Positions 15,713 to 25,245 of a DNA stretch of 40,179 nucleotides are shown here, piece after piece. The notes beneath the pieces are model-generated. The model worked only from the letters and a program-made list of their open reading frames with translations. It was not told the DNA's origin and did not search any database. Origin of the DNA: a virus (taxonomy: Duplodnaviria > Caudoviricetes); IMG/VR virus record IMGVR_UViG_3300032239_000537, positions 1-40,179 of that record; one strand, 5' to 3'. Positions within the stretch are counted from its first letter, which is position 1. Each line of letters opens with the position of its first letter. A program made the position numbers and the translations under genes.

Positions 15713-15740
15713 TGTTTACTTAATGATCATTATGCGAAGT
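15713..15740 (-). other. dif-like XerC/XerD recombination site
   Basis: The minus strand reads ACTTCGCATAA-TGATCA-TTAAGTAAACA (11-6-11). The XerC-type arm is strong; the XerD arm differs at 4 positions from TTATGTTAAAT. Confidence 0.68.
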
Positions 15741-15880
15741 ACACGCCGTCCTAGCGTGGTTTCGTGGCGGAAAAGCGACAAAACGCCCCCCCTTCGCGCC
15801 TGCGGAGCGGGCAGTGGTGGGTGGAACGTCTGGCGGACCGAATTCCATATTCCAGAATTTTTTCTTTTTGAGGGAAGCCC

Positions 15881-16099
15881 ATGAAAGTAGTCGAGTTCAA
15901 GAGAGCGGACGATGGCCCCGAGATGGTCGCGAAGACCCTGCAACACCTCGCCGACATGAAGCCCACGAAACTCATCGCCGTCGCGATCAGCGCGCAGGGC
16001 GAGTATCACCTACTCGGCGGGAACGTCTCGCTCACCGACATGCTCTGGCTCATCGAGCGGGGCCGGGAGATCGTGTTGGAGCAGGAGGGCACGGAGTGA
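15881..16099 (+). CDS. Hypothetical protein (72 aa)
   Basis: GAGGG RBS; GTGA coupling to terL. Confidence 0.7.
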   Translation: MKVVEFKRADDGPEMVAKTLQHLADMKPTKLIAVAISAQGEYHLLGGNVSLTDMLWLIERGREIVLEQEGTE

Positions 16100-17499
16100 G
16101 CGATAACCCGTTCGTCCAGTTTGCCGAGGCCTACTACGATGACCCGGTAGGCTTCGCCGAGCACGTGCTCGGGCTCGAACTGGACCCGTGGCAGAAGACG
16201 CTCTGCGAGTGGGTCAAGGACGGCGAGCGGCTGATCAGCATCCGGTCAGGTCACGGGGTCGGCAAGACCACCGGCGCGGGCACGCTCGCGGTGTGGGCCA
16301 TCTGCACCCACGCGCCGTGCAAGGTGGTCTGTACCGCCCCGAGTTCCCCGCAACTCTTCGACTCGCTGTTTGCCGAGATCAAGGCCCTCGCTAAGCGCCT
16401 GCCGCCCGCCGTGTTTGATAGCCTAGAGATCAAGACCGAGCGCATCGAGCACCGCGGCGCACCGGACGAGTGCTTTATCTCGGCCCGCACGAGCCGCGCG
16501 GAAAACCCGGAGGCCCTGCAGGGCGTCCATAGCCAGTTCGTGATCCTGATCGCCGACGAGGCTTCAGGCGTGCCCGACGCGGTATTTGAGGCGGCCGCGG
16601 GCTCGATGAGCGGCCACTCAGCCCACACGATCCTGCTCGGCAACCCGACCCGCACGTCCGGTTTCTTTTACGAGACCCACACCCGGCTCGCGTCCACGTG
16701 GAAGACGATGCGCGTGAGTTGCGTTGACAGCCCGCGCGTCAGCCGCGAGTACGTGGCCGACATGACCGAGCGCTACGGCGAGGACTCGAACGCGTTTCGC
16801 GTCCGCGTGCTCGGCGAGTTCCCTCGCAAGGACGATGACACGCTGATCAGCCTCGAACTGGTAGAGGCCGCGACGATGCGGGACATCAAGGAGGACAAGA
16901 CGTGGCCTGTCATCTGGGGCCTTGACGTGGCCCGGTTCGGCACCGACTCAAGCGCTCTCTGCAAGCGGCGCGGGAAGGTGGTGGTCGACAAGGTGAAGAG
17001 TTGGAAAAACATCGACCTGATGCAACTCGTGGGTGCCGTAAAGGCCGAGTACGACGCGGCCGAGGAGAAGCCCGCCGAGATCTTGGTCGACGTGATCGGC
17101 GTCGGCGCGGGCGTGGTGGACCGGTGCCGGGAGTTGAAGATGCCGGTCCGGGGCATCAACGTCAGCGAGTCACCGGCTCTTGGCGACTCGTTCCTGAACC
17201 TGCGCTCTGAACTCTGGTGGAAGGCCAAGGCATGGTTCGAGGCTAAAGACTGCCGCATCCCGCGCGATGACGAGCGGCTCCGTTACGAACTGACCATCCC
17301 GCGCTATCAATTCTCGACTAGCGGAAAGATGAAACTGGAGAGCAAGGAGGACATGAAAAAGCGCGGCCTGCGCTCGCCAGACTTTGCCGACGCGTTCATC
17401 CTCACGTTCGCGTCCGACGCGATCACCGCGAGCGGCGCGGCGTCGTACTCAAGCGACTGGCGCAAGCCGCTTAAGCGAGGTATTCGCGGCATTGTGTAA
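16096..17499 (+). CDS. terL: Terminase large subunit (467 aa)
   Basis: Walker A SGHGVGKT, Walker B ILIADEA, GNPT, and nuclease motifs GLDVARFGTD and SPDFADA; start GTG 16096. Confidence 0.95.
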   Translation: MSDNPFVQFAEAYYDDPVGFAEHVLGLELDPWQKTLCEWVKDGERLISIRSGHGVGKTTGAGTLAVWAICTHAPCKVVCTAPSSPQLFDSLFAEIKALAKRLPPAVFDSLEIKTERIEHRGAPDECFISARTSRAENPEALQGVHSQFVILIADEASGVPDAVFEAAAGSMSGHSAHTILLGNPTRTSGFFYETHTRLASTWKTMRVSCVDSPRVSREYVADMTERYGEDSNAFRVRVLGEFPRKDDDTLISLELVEAATMRDIKEDKTWPVIWGLDVARFGTDSSALCKRRGKVVVDKVKSWKNIDLMQLVGAVKAEYDAAEEKPAEILVDVIGVGAGVVDRCRELKMPVRGINVSESPALGDSFLNLRSELWWKAKAWFEAKDCRIPRDDERLRYELTIPRYQFSTSGKMKLESKEDMKKRGLRSPDFADAFILTFASDAITASGAASYSSDWRKPLKRGIRGIV

Positions 17500-17557
17500 G
17501 TAGTAAAATACTCTCCACGCGACCCGCTACATGTGGCGGGCCTCTTGGAGAGCACGG

Positions 17558-19726
17558 ATGCTTAACCAGTCGATGGCCGGGGATGACGAAGGAACGGAGT
17601 CTCCGTCCGACGAGTTGGAGGAGGTTAAGTCCGTACTCGCGGCCGAGGTGCGCGACGCGGTCGCGTATATCGACCTAGAGATCGGCCCCGAGCGTGCGGT
17701 AGCGACCCAGTACTACAAGGGCGAGCCGTACGGCGACGAGGAAGACGGCCGCTCGCAGGTAGTCACCACCGAGGTGCGCGACACCGTGCAGGCCATGATG
17801 CCTAGCCTGATGCGCGTGTTCTTTGGCGATCAGCAGGTGGTAGAGGTCATCCCCACGTCTGGCGACAAGGCCGCGTTCGCGGAGCAGGCAGAAGACACGC
17901 TCCGGTACGTGCTGAACTCGCAGAACGACGGCTTCAAGGAATTCTACAGCGCCTTCAAGGACGGCCTCGTCCGCAAGACGGGCCTGATCAAGTGGTGGTG
18001 GGAAGAGGGCCACCAGTGCCGCGTCCGCACGTTTGATAACGTCACGCAGCAGCAACTCTTGGAGACGATCCACACTTTCGGCCAAGACGCCGTCGAGGTA
18101 TTGGAACAGTCGACGCAGATGACGCAGCAGCAGGGCCCGCAGGGCGTGCAGCAAGTGCCGGTCAGCGTCTACAAGATCCGCGTCACCGAGCGCAAGCGCA
18201 AGCCTCACGCGAAGTTCAAGTCACTTCCGCCTGAAGAACTCCTGATCAACCGCGGCGCGGTCAGCATCGAGACCGCTCGGTTCGTGTGTCACCGCTCGAT
18301 GAAGACGCGCGCCGAGTTGCTTGAGATGGGCATCGACGAGTCCTACGTCGACGAGGCGGGCGCGACGGGCACGACCGGGCTCGATTGGAACCGCGAGACG
18401 CGCGTCCGTCAGCCGGGCCTTTACTCTGCCTACACCACCGCGTCCGCGTCGAACGACGAGGACGAGCAGCGCTACGAACACTACGAGTGTTACTACCGTC
18501 ACGACCTTAACGGCGACGGTCACCGGTATCTATACCGGTTCCAGTTGCTCGGCCCGGCGCTTGAAATGATCAGCGACCCGGAGCCGGTCGAGAGCATCAA
18601 CATCGCAGAGTTCTGCCCGGACCCTGAGCCCCACGTGTGGGCCGGTATGTCCATCGCGGACCGCACGATGGACCTGCAGATCATTAACTCGCACGTCGTG
18701 CGAAACATGCTCGACTCGCTAGCCGCGTCCATATTCCCTCGCATGGCCTACGTTGAAGGCCAAGTGAACGTGGATGACGTGCTGAACACCGAGATCGGGG
18801 CCGCGATTCGGATGCGCGCCCCGGGCATGGTGCAGCCGATGCAGGTCCCGTTCACGGGTCAGCAGGCCATGCCGATCCTTGAGTACCTGCAGGACCTGCG
18901 CGAGCAGCGCACCGGAATCAGCAAGGCAGCGATGGGCCTCGACGCCGACGCGCTGCAAAGCACGAGCGCCATCGCCGCGAACGCGACCATCACCGCGTCG
19001 CAGGCCATGATCGAGTTGATCGCGCGCCTGTACGCGGAAGGCTTCCGCAAGGTGTGCCGCGGCCTGCTTCGATTGCTCGTCACGCACCAAGACCGACCTA
19101 TGGTCGTGCGCCTGCGCTCTAAGCAGTACGTCGACATCAATCCGCAAGACTGGGACCCAGACATGGACGTCACCATCGACGTCGCGGTCGGTCTCCACTC
19201 TCAGCAGGACCGCGCGCAGCGCCTGTCGAGCGTGATCGACAAGATGGAGGGCGTGATCAAGGCCTTCGGGCCGCAGAACCCGCTCGTCAGCCCGGTCGAA
19301 CTGAACAACGCCTACTCGCGCCTGACAGAGTTGCTCGGCTTCAAGGACACGCAAAAGTACTGGCTCAACACGCAGCAGCAGTTGGCTCAGGCCGCGCAGC
19401 AGCCGCAGCAGCCGCCAAAGCCATCGCCTGAAGAACTCTTGGCCCAGACCGAAAAATACAAGGCCGACCTCAAGGCAAAGCAAGAAAGCGAGGCCCTGCA
19501 GGTACAGCGCGAGCGCATGTTCCTCGAAGACGATCAGCGCCGCGAGGCCGTCGAGGTTAACGCGAAACTAACCGCGCTTGAGATCGAGGCCAAGTACAAG
19601 CAGGCGGCCGACATGAAGAGCGTGGACGCGCTCATCGCGACCCACCGTAACCAAGCCGCACACCTCAGCGCGCAGGCGCAGATGGTCAGCGCTCAGCAAC
19701 CACCGCAGCAAGGACCGCAGCAGTGA
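17558..19726 (+). CDS. Portal protein (P22-like, with C-terminal barrel)
   Basis: YYKGEPYGDEEDGRSQVVTTEVRDTV motif; 722 aa; Gln-rich coiled-coil C-terminus; follows terL. Confidence 0.92.
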   Translation: MLNQSMAGDDEGTESPSDELEEVKSVLAAEVRDAVAYIDLEIGPERAVATQYYKGEPYGDEEDGRSQVVTTEVRDTVQAMMPSLMRVFFGDQQVVEVIPTSGDKAAFAEQAEDTLRYVLNSQNDGFKEFYSAFKDGLVRKTGLIKWWWEEGHQCRVRTFDNVTQQQLLETIHTFGQDAVEVLEQSTQMTQQQGPQGVQQVPVSVYKIRVTERKRKPHAKFKSLPPEELLINRGAVSIETARFVCHRSMKTRAELLEMGIDESYVDEAGATGTTGLDWNRETRVRQPGLYSAYTTASASNDEDEQRYEHYECYYRHDLNGDGHRYLYRFQLLGPALEMISDPEPVESINIAEFCPDPEPHVWAGMSIADRTMDLQIINSHVVRNMLDSLAASIFPRMAYVEGQVNVDDVLNTEIGAAIRMRAPGMVQPMQVPFTGQQAMPILEYLQDLREQRTGISKAAMGLDADALQSTSAIAANATITASQAMIELIARLYAEGFRKVCRGLLRLLVTHQDRPMVVRLRSKQYVDINPQDWDPDMDVTIDVAVGLHSQQDRAQRLSSVIDKMEGVIKAFGPQNPLVSPVELNNAYSRLTELLGFKDTQKYWLNTQQQLAQAAQQPQQPPKPSPEELLAQTEKYKADLKAKQESEALQVQRERMFLEDDQRREAVEVNAKLTALEIEAKYKQAADMKSVDALIATHRNQAAHLSAQAQMVSAQQPPQQGPQQ

Positions 19727-22542
19727 GTTACATCGACGAACTTCTGAAAAGCGCACGGCTTGGCATCAACCAGTTCGGAAACGACCTGCTGCTAGGCACG
19801 AAGCCGATCAGAGACGCGGTGTACGACACCGGAAAAATGATCTACGACATGCCGGTGGGAGCGCTGACCACCGCGGGATCATTGCTCGGCGAGGGCATGG
19901 ACTCACTGCGAGACGCCAGACTGCCGTCCCCGACGCGCGCGCTCATTGACTCTCAGGCCTCGTTTGCTCAGGCAGACCTGCCGAGCACCGGGCGCGAGTA
20001 CGTGCGCGGCGCTATGGACGCCGTGCCGGGCTTTAGCCCGCTGATGGACAACTACGTGACGCCCGGCGTGATGAGAGGCGCTAACGCCGTCTGGAACGCC
20101 ACCCCTAATCAACTCAAGGCGGGCGCTGCAGGCGTCGGCGCGCTTGGCCTGATGGGCCTAAACATGTTGGGCCCGTGGGCTCCCGAGGCCGAGTTCCTTA
20201 CGCCCGAGCAGGCTTACCTGCAAAGCAAGGGCGTGTTGGGCGCGATGGGCGGGGGAAAGAAGCCGCCGCGCGGACCGGCCGTTGAGCCTCCCGCCCCGTT
20301 GGCCCCGCCTGAAAATCTTCCGCCTCCCGTGTCGGTGCAGCCGCCTCAGTCAACGGTCAAGGCTTACAAACTTTTCAATCAAGACAAAGACGGAAACCTT
20401 TGGCCGCTGTACATCAACCCGGATAACGCGCCGTTCCCGCAAGGCCAGTGGATAGACGCCAAGATGGGCGAGTCTCTGCCTAGCGGAAAGGTGAAGGCAG
20501 ACGGCATGAGCGGCGGTCTGGCGATGCGGCCGGGGCTGCACGCGGGAGACACCCCCGCGGCTACGCATATCGGCGGCAGATTCGAGGGTGACACTTCCCC
20601 CGCGTACCGGTTGCCTAATCAGGTATGGGCAGAAGTTGAAATGCCAAGCGACGTGGATTGGCAGTCCATTGCCAACTCGCGCGCAAGAATTGGCAAGAAC
20701 GGAGAGCCGGTAGCAAGCACGGCTCACATCACCGATCAACTGCCTGTCGGCGGTTTCTACCGCTACAAGACCAACCCAAACATGCAGGGCGATTGGCTGA
20801 TCGGCGGCGGGATGAAGATCAATCGCGTATTGAGCAACGACGAGGTCGCTGCTCTCAACGCTCAGCGAGGCGTGAGCGACCTGCCTCGCATTGATGACCT
20901 TCTGCAGGCAGACCCATCTCTGTACGACAGGCTGCCAAAAAGCACGAAGAAACTCGTGTCTCGACCGGCACCGCAGGAAGCGGCTGCCATGAACGCAACG
21001 CAAGGCGCTGACGCGTCTCCCGCGGCTAACCCTAACTTGAACCTTCTGCTGTCCAATCCGACGGTAAAATTAGCCGACGCGAATTCCCCAGTGCCCACGT
21101 ATTCTGGGGCGCTTAATGAATCGGGGACGATAACACCCGCGCAAGTTAACATCGGAATGGACGTCGGAACGCAAAAAGACGCCCTGACCGAAAAGCAAAT
21201 CACCAAAGTTCTTCGATCTGTTGGGGTAGAGCCGCTTGACCCAGTGATCATGCCTTCTGATACCGAAAATACGTTCGTATCTCGGCTCAGTCGCCCACTA
21301 ACTCAAGCAGAGGCTCATAAAGTTAGCGCTGCGCTAAATCAAGACGCTATCGCTCAAAAAGCGCCCGGCGCATCATGGTTGGCCGGACCTAAAGCGCACG
21401 AGTGGAACAACGGGGAATTCAATCCAGATTATTGGCGAGAACATCCGAATGGTTCCGAAACTCTTCCAATGCACGACCCCGTGGCGCAGATTCCCGGTTA
21501 CCCGGAAATTGCCCCGCCGATGATCGGCTATGACGAAAAAAAGAAGCAAATCTACTGGGCTCGCGGTGAATCGGCCGACACAAAAGCATTTGAAAAAGCC
21601 AGAGATGCAGCACAGAAGGACATCAACGCCGGTAACTACACACCGATGTTTGACGTCAGCAAGCGCTATTACGCTGATCCGTCTAAGCATCCAACGACAG
21701 AAAGCACGATAATCGACGCTGCTGCAAAACAGCAAAAGACACGGGACAAATGGGACGCGGAAATCAACACTCCGAAGGCCCGTCAAAGCCTGCTCGACGC
21801 TTACAAGGTTGGGGTAACAAATCCCAAGAACGGCAAATGGTACGCGATGGGCCAACTTGCGGATCAGTACGAAAACGAACTCGGCGCAGAACTCGGCGCT
21901 AAAAGATTCAAAGAAGATTTCGCTGACGCTATGGCTGCGACTACTGGCGGAGCGGCCCCGACTGGAAACTTGCTTATGGGGCATTTCGGCAATTACGCGA
22001 AAGAACTTGGGATCCCGGCTCCGACTCGTGGTTATGCTGCGCCGGTTCCGATTGGAGGCCGCTATTTTGGCGGCAACATGGAACTTTACAACAAGGTCAA
22101 TTCAGGTTCGCCTCTCACTGCGGCAGATCACCCGAAGCGTTTCAACTTTTCTCGAAATTTCCTTGGGGACCTCCGCGCTCCGACTATCGACGAGCAAATG
22201 ACGCAGTTGATGACCCCGGGAAAAAACGATCCTCCTGCAGGTTCATACCCTTCGTACGAAATAACAGTAAACCAAGTGGCGAAAGAAATTGGAATTGAAA
22301 ATCCAGCCGAACTTCAGGACATAGTGTGGGGCGGAAAGAAAGACGCCAAAGGAAACTACGAGCCGACGCCAATGATTCAAACTGTAAATGAAGCCATTGA
22401 GCGAACGGCACGTCTTACCGGAAAGACACCGCAACAGGTATTGAAGGATTTCATCCACCGCAAAGGACCGCTGTTCGGCTTCGGGTTGGCAGCGGTTGGC
22501 GGCGGCCTTCTCTCTCGGCCAGATAGCCAACAGGGACTCTAA
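19723..22542 (+). CDS. Multi-domain (polyvalent-type) protein, probably virion-associated (939 aa)
   Basis: GTGA-coupled to the portal; three globular modules separated by Pro/Ala linkers (see findings). Confidence 0.8.
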   Translation: MSYIDELLKSARLGINQFGNDLLLGTKPIRDAVYDTGKMIYDMPVGALTTAGSLLGEGMDSLRDARLPSPTRALIDSQASFAQADLPSTGREYVRGAMDAVPGFSPLMDNYVTPGVMRGANAVWNATPNQLKAGAAGVGALGLMGLNMLGPWAPEAEFLTPEQAYLQSKGVLGAMGGGKKPPRGPAVEPPAPLAPPENLPPPVSVQPPQSTVKAYKLFNQDKDGNLWPLYINPDNAPFPQGQWIDAKMGESLPSGKVKADGMSGGLAMRPGLHAGDTPAATHIGGRFEGDTSPAYRLPNQVWAEVEMPSDVDWQSIANSRARIGKNGEPVASTAHITDQLPVGGFYRYKTNPNMQGDWLIGGGMKINRVLSNDEVAALNAQRGVSDLPRIDDLLQADPSLYDRLPKSTKKLVSRPAPQEAAAMNATQGADASPAANPNLNLLLSNPTVKLADANSPVPTYSGALNESGTITPAQVNIGMDVGTQKDALTEKQITKVLRSVGVEPLDPVIMPSDTENTFVSRLSRPLTQAEAHKVSAALNQDAIAQKAPGASWLAGPKAHEWNNGEFNPDYWREHPNGSETLPMHDPVAQIPGYPEIAPPMIGYDEKKKQIYWARGESADTKAFEKARDAAQKDINAGNYTPMFDVSKRYYADPSKHPTTESTIIDAAAKQQKTRDKWDAEINTPKARQSLLDAYKVGVTNPKNGKWYAMGQLADQYENELGAELGAKRFKEDFADAMAATTGGAAPTGNLLMGHFGNYAKELGIPAPTRGYAAPVPIGGRYFGGNMELYNKVNSGSPLTAADHPKRFNFSRNFLGDLRAPTIDEQMTQLMTPGKNDPPAGSYPSYEITVNQVAKEIGIENPAELQDIVWGGKKDAKGNYEPTPMIQTVNEAIERTARLTGKTPQQVLKDFIHRKGPLFGFGLAAVGGGLLSRPDSQQGL

Positions 22543-22881
22543 ATGTCAGCAGCGATCCTTGATGCCTTTCGCTCGTTTCGCGACGCGCGCTTGCTTCGCA
22601 AGCCGGTAGAGGTGGACGAGTACGCGCTTCGCAAGCAGCGAGAGCGCGGCGAGCAGGCAGATCGCCTTCTTGCTGACCCGCTGTTCGTCGAGGCGTTCGA
22701 TACCGTCGAACGCGTGTACATGGACTCGTGGCGAGCGTCAGGACACGACGAGATTGAAAAGCGTGAACGCGCGTGGACCGCCGTTCAACTGCTTGCGGAT
22801 TTGCGTGCGGCCATAACGAAGGTCGTGCGTGACGGAGCCGTCGCGGAGGACTCGCTCACGCGATTCCGCGCCCGGCAGTAG
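22543..22881 (+). CDS. Conserved small head-module protein
   Basis: A..LL.DPLF.EAF...W...RE pattern typical of the gene preceding the scaffold. Confidence 0.75.
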   Translation: MSAAILDAFRSFRDARLLRKPVEVDEYALRKQRERGEQADRLLADPLFVEAFDTVERVYMDSWRASGHDEIEKRERAWTAVQLLADLRAAITKVVRDGAVAEDSLTRFRARQ

Positions 22882-22905
22882 TAGTCCACGACTTGAGGTA
22901 ATAAA

Positions 22906-23874
22906 ATGATGTCGAACGGAAGCGATACCGGTAACGGGTCACCGACCGGTGCCTTTGATTCCGTGCAAGCCTTTGACAGCCTGTTCTTCCCCGAAGAGGA
23001 CAAGAAGACAACGACTGGAGAGGCGAACCCCGATCCCGAGACCGACGAGGAATTGGAAGAGGGTGCAGAAGCCAACGAGGACGAGTCCTCTGAGGCTGAG
23101 TCTGACGAGAGCGAAGACCAAGACGAGGCGAAGTCTAACGATGACACCTACACCGTCCGCGTGGACGGCGAAGAGGTCAAGGTCAAGTTAGACGAACTTC
23201 TGAACGGCTACTCACGCACGTCTGACTACACGCGCAAGACGCAGGCCCTAGCCAACGAACGCAAGTCGTTCGAGCAGGAACTGAATCAAGTGCGGGCAGA
23301 GCGAGCGGAATACGGTCAGTACCTGAACCAGTTGCGTGGCTTAGTCACCAACCAGATGGGGCCTGAACCAAACTGGGAAGCGCTTAGACAGCAGGACCCT
23401 GTCAATTTCGCCGTGGCAAGGCAGGAGTGGTCGCTAAAGCAGGAGCAACTTGCGCGCGTAACGCAAGAACAGCAACGCGTGGCGACCATGATGCAGCAGG
23501 AGGCAGAGCAGAAAAAGGCTGCTCATCTCGCAGGACAGCGCCAGATGTTGCCGAAGATCGTCCCCGAGTGGAGCGACCCAAGCACGGCAGCGGCGGACCG
23601 CGAGAAGATCGTTAAGGCGATGACGTCCGTCGGGTACAGGCCCGAGGAACTTCAGATCTACGACGCCCGAGCGATGGCCCTGCTGCGGAAAGCGGCCTTG
23701 TACGACGAGATCATGGCGGGTAAGCCGGTGATGGAAAAGAAGGTGCAGGCGGCAAAAGTCGCTCAGCCCGGCCGACCATCCAAGCCTAAGAGCGATGCCC
23801 GACGCGCGCTTGATCGTCTGAGCCAGTCGGGCCGCATCACTGACGCTGCGGCCTTGTTTGAATCCATTTTGTAA
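22906..23874 (+). CDS. Capsid scaffolding protein
   Basis: Acidic N-terminus, YTVRVDGEEVKVKLDELLNGYSRTSDYTRKTQ and coiled coil; precedes the capsid gene. Confidence 0.9.
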   Translation: MMSNGSDTGNGSPTGAFDSVQAFDSLFFPEEDKKTTTGEANPDPETDEELEEGAEANEDESSEAESDESEDQDEAKSNDDTYTVRVDGEEVKVKLDELLNGYSRTSDYTRKTQALANERKSFEQELNQVRAERAEYGQYLNQLRGLVTNQMGPEPNWEALRQQDPVNFAVARQEWSLKQEQLARVTQEQQRVATMMQQEAEQKKAAHLAGQRQMLPKIVPEWSDPSTAAADREKIVKAMTSVGYRPEELQIYDARAMALLRKAALYDEIMAGKPVMEKKVQAAKVAQPGRPSKPKSDARRALDRLSQSGRITDAAALFESIL

Positions 23875-23886
23875 GAGGAAATTGCA

Positions 23887-24852
23887 ATGGCTGAACTTAG
23901 TAGCACCTTCGACACATACAACGCGAAGGGTATTCGTGAAAATCTGAGCGACATCATCTACCGGATCTCCCCGGAAGAGACGCCGTTCATCTCCAACATC
24001 GGCAAGGAAGACCTGCAGAACACGTACTTCGAGTGGCAGAACGACTCGCTCGCTTCGGCGGCGACGAACTCGGCGCTTGAAGGCGATGACATTGCCTCCT
24101 TCCCGTCGGTCACCGCTACGCAGCGTCTTGGCAACTATGCCCAGATCTCGCGCAAGTTGGTGCTCGTCTCGGGCACGTTGGACACCGTCAAGAAAGCGGG
24201 CCGCAAGTCTGAACTCGCGTACCAGACCTCCCTCCGCGCTGCTGAATTGAAGCGCGACATGGAGTTCATCGCGACCCAGAACCAAGCCGCCGTCGCGGGT
24301 AACTCGACCACCGCCCGCCTCACGGCAGGCTTGGAGTCGTTCCTCCGCACGAACACGTCGGTCGGCGCTACTGGCTCCAACGCGACGCTTTCTGGCACGA
24401 CGCAGGGCTACCCAAGCACCGCCCGTACGGACGGCACGCAGCGCGCCTTCTCGGAAACGATCCTGAAGAGCGTGATGGCGGCTGTCTACACGAGCGGCGG
24501 CAAGCCGTCCTACCTGATGGTGGGCGTGACTCAGAAGCAGAACGTCAGCGCGTTCGCCGGTATCGCCGTTAACCGCTTCCAGATCACCAAGCCTGAGATG
24601 GGCGCGGTGATCGGCGCGGTCGACGTGTACGTGAGCGACTACGGCAATCTCCAGATTGTCCCAAATCGCTTTCAGCGCAACCGTACGGCGTTCTTCATTC
24701 AGCCTGAGTACTGCTCGGTTGGATTCCTCCGTCCGTTCACGATGGAGACCCTCGCCAAGACCGGCGACGCTGAAAAGCGCCTGCTGCTCTGCGAGTGGGG
24801 CCTGAAGGTGAAGCACGAGGCCGCGCACGGCGCTGCCTACGACCTGACCTAA
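23887..24852 (+). CDS. Major capsid protein (DUF5309-type)
   Basis: GIRENLSDIIYRISPEETPF, FEWQND.L, NYAQI and ELKRDME motifs; followed by a terminator. Confidence 0.92.
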   Translation: MAELSSTFDTYNAKGIRENLSDIIYRISPEETPFISNIGKEDLQNTYFEWQNDSLASAATNSALEGDDIASFPSVTATQRLGNYAQISRKLVLVSGTLDTVKKAGRKSELAYQTSLRAAELKRDMEFIATQNQAAVAGNSTTARLTAGLESFLRTNTSVGATGSNATLSGTTQGYPSTARTDGTQRAFSETILKSVMAAVYTSGGKPSYLMVGVTQKQNVSAFAGIAVNRFQITKPEMGAVIGAVDVYVSDYGNLQIVPNRFQRNRTAFFIQPEYCSVGFLRPFTMETLAKTGDAEKRLLLCEWGLKVKHEAAHGAAYDLT

Positions 24853-24859
24853 TGGGTCT

Positions 24860-24899
24860 GGCGGGGGTTGGCCCTAGCGGTCAGCCTCCGCCTTTTTTT
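24860..24899 (+). terminator. Intrinsic terminator after the capsid gene
   Basis: GGCGGGGGTTGGCC-ctagc-GGTCAGCCTCCGCC followed by T7. Confidence 0.88.
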
Positions 24900-24909
24900 G
24901 GAGAGGTAG

Positions 24910-25245
24910 ATGTCAAGTTCCGCGCGTCTGTTCTCACACGACCCTGAGACGGGTATCAAGAAGTGGTTTCGTTATCACGAGTCCTCTTCTGGCAACGAAA
25001 GCGAAGACTCGTTTTCGATTGAGACCACGCAGGACGTGACGTCTATCGTTGAAAGCACGAAGGCGTCGTTCAACTCGACCGACGAGCGTGCAAAGTGGGG
25101 CGAGGGCCAGTACGTGGCGTCGATCCCGATCTCTATCTGGCAGGACCTCAAGAAGAAGGGCATTGCAGACAACGAGAAACTATTCAAGGCGTGGCTGAAT
25201 GATCGCGATAACCGCGTCTTCCGCACGCGCCCGGGCCGCGTCTAA
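24910..25245 (+). CDS. Conserved phage protein following the capsid gene
   Basis: QDV...VASIP...WLND.DNR.FRT motif; GAGG RBS. Confidence 0.8.
   Translation: MSSSARLFSHDPETGIKKWFRYHESSSGNESEDSFSIETTQDVTSIVESTKASFNSTDERAKWGEGQYVASIPISIWQDLKKKGIADNEKLFKAWLNDRDNRVFRTRPGRV

Noticed and set aside
15238-15884. ORFs 15238-15513 and 15519-15884, and the 94-aa N-terminal extension of terL from 15814
   Set aside because: Arg/Ser-rich translations of repeat and regulatory DNA without a good RBS. terL has a coupled GTG start at 16096 behind a credible 72-aa gene.
23434-24828. Long antisense ORF (464 aa) and similar shadows opposite the portal, terL and tail genes
   Set aside because: Typical antisense open frames of GC-rich coding DNA opposite well-supported genes.
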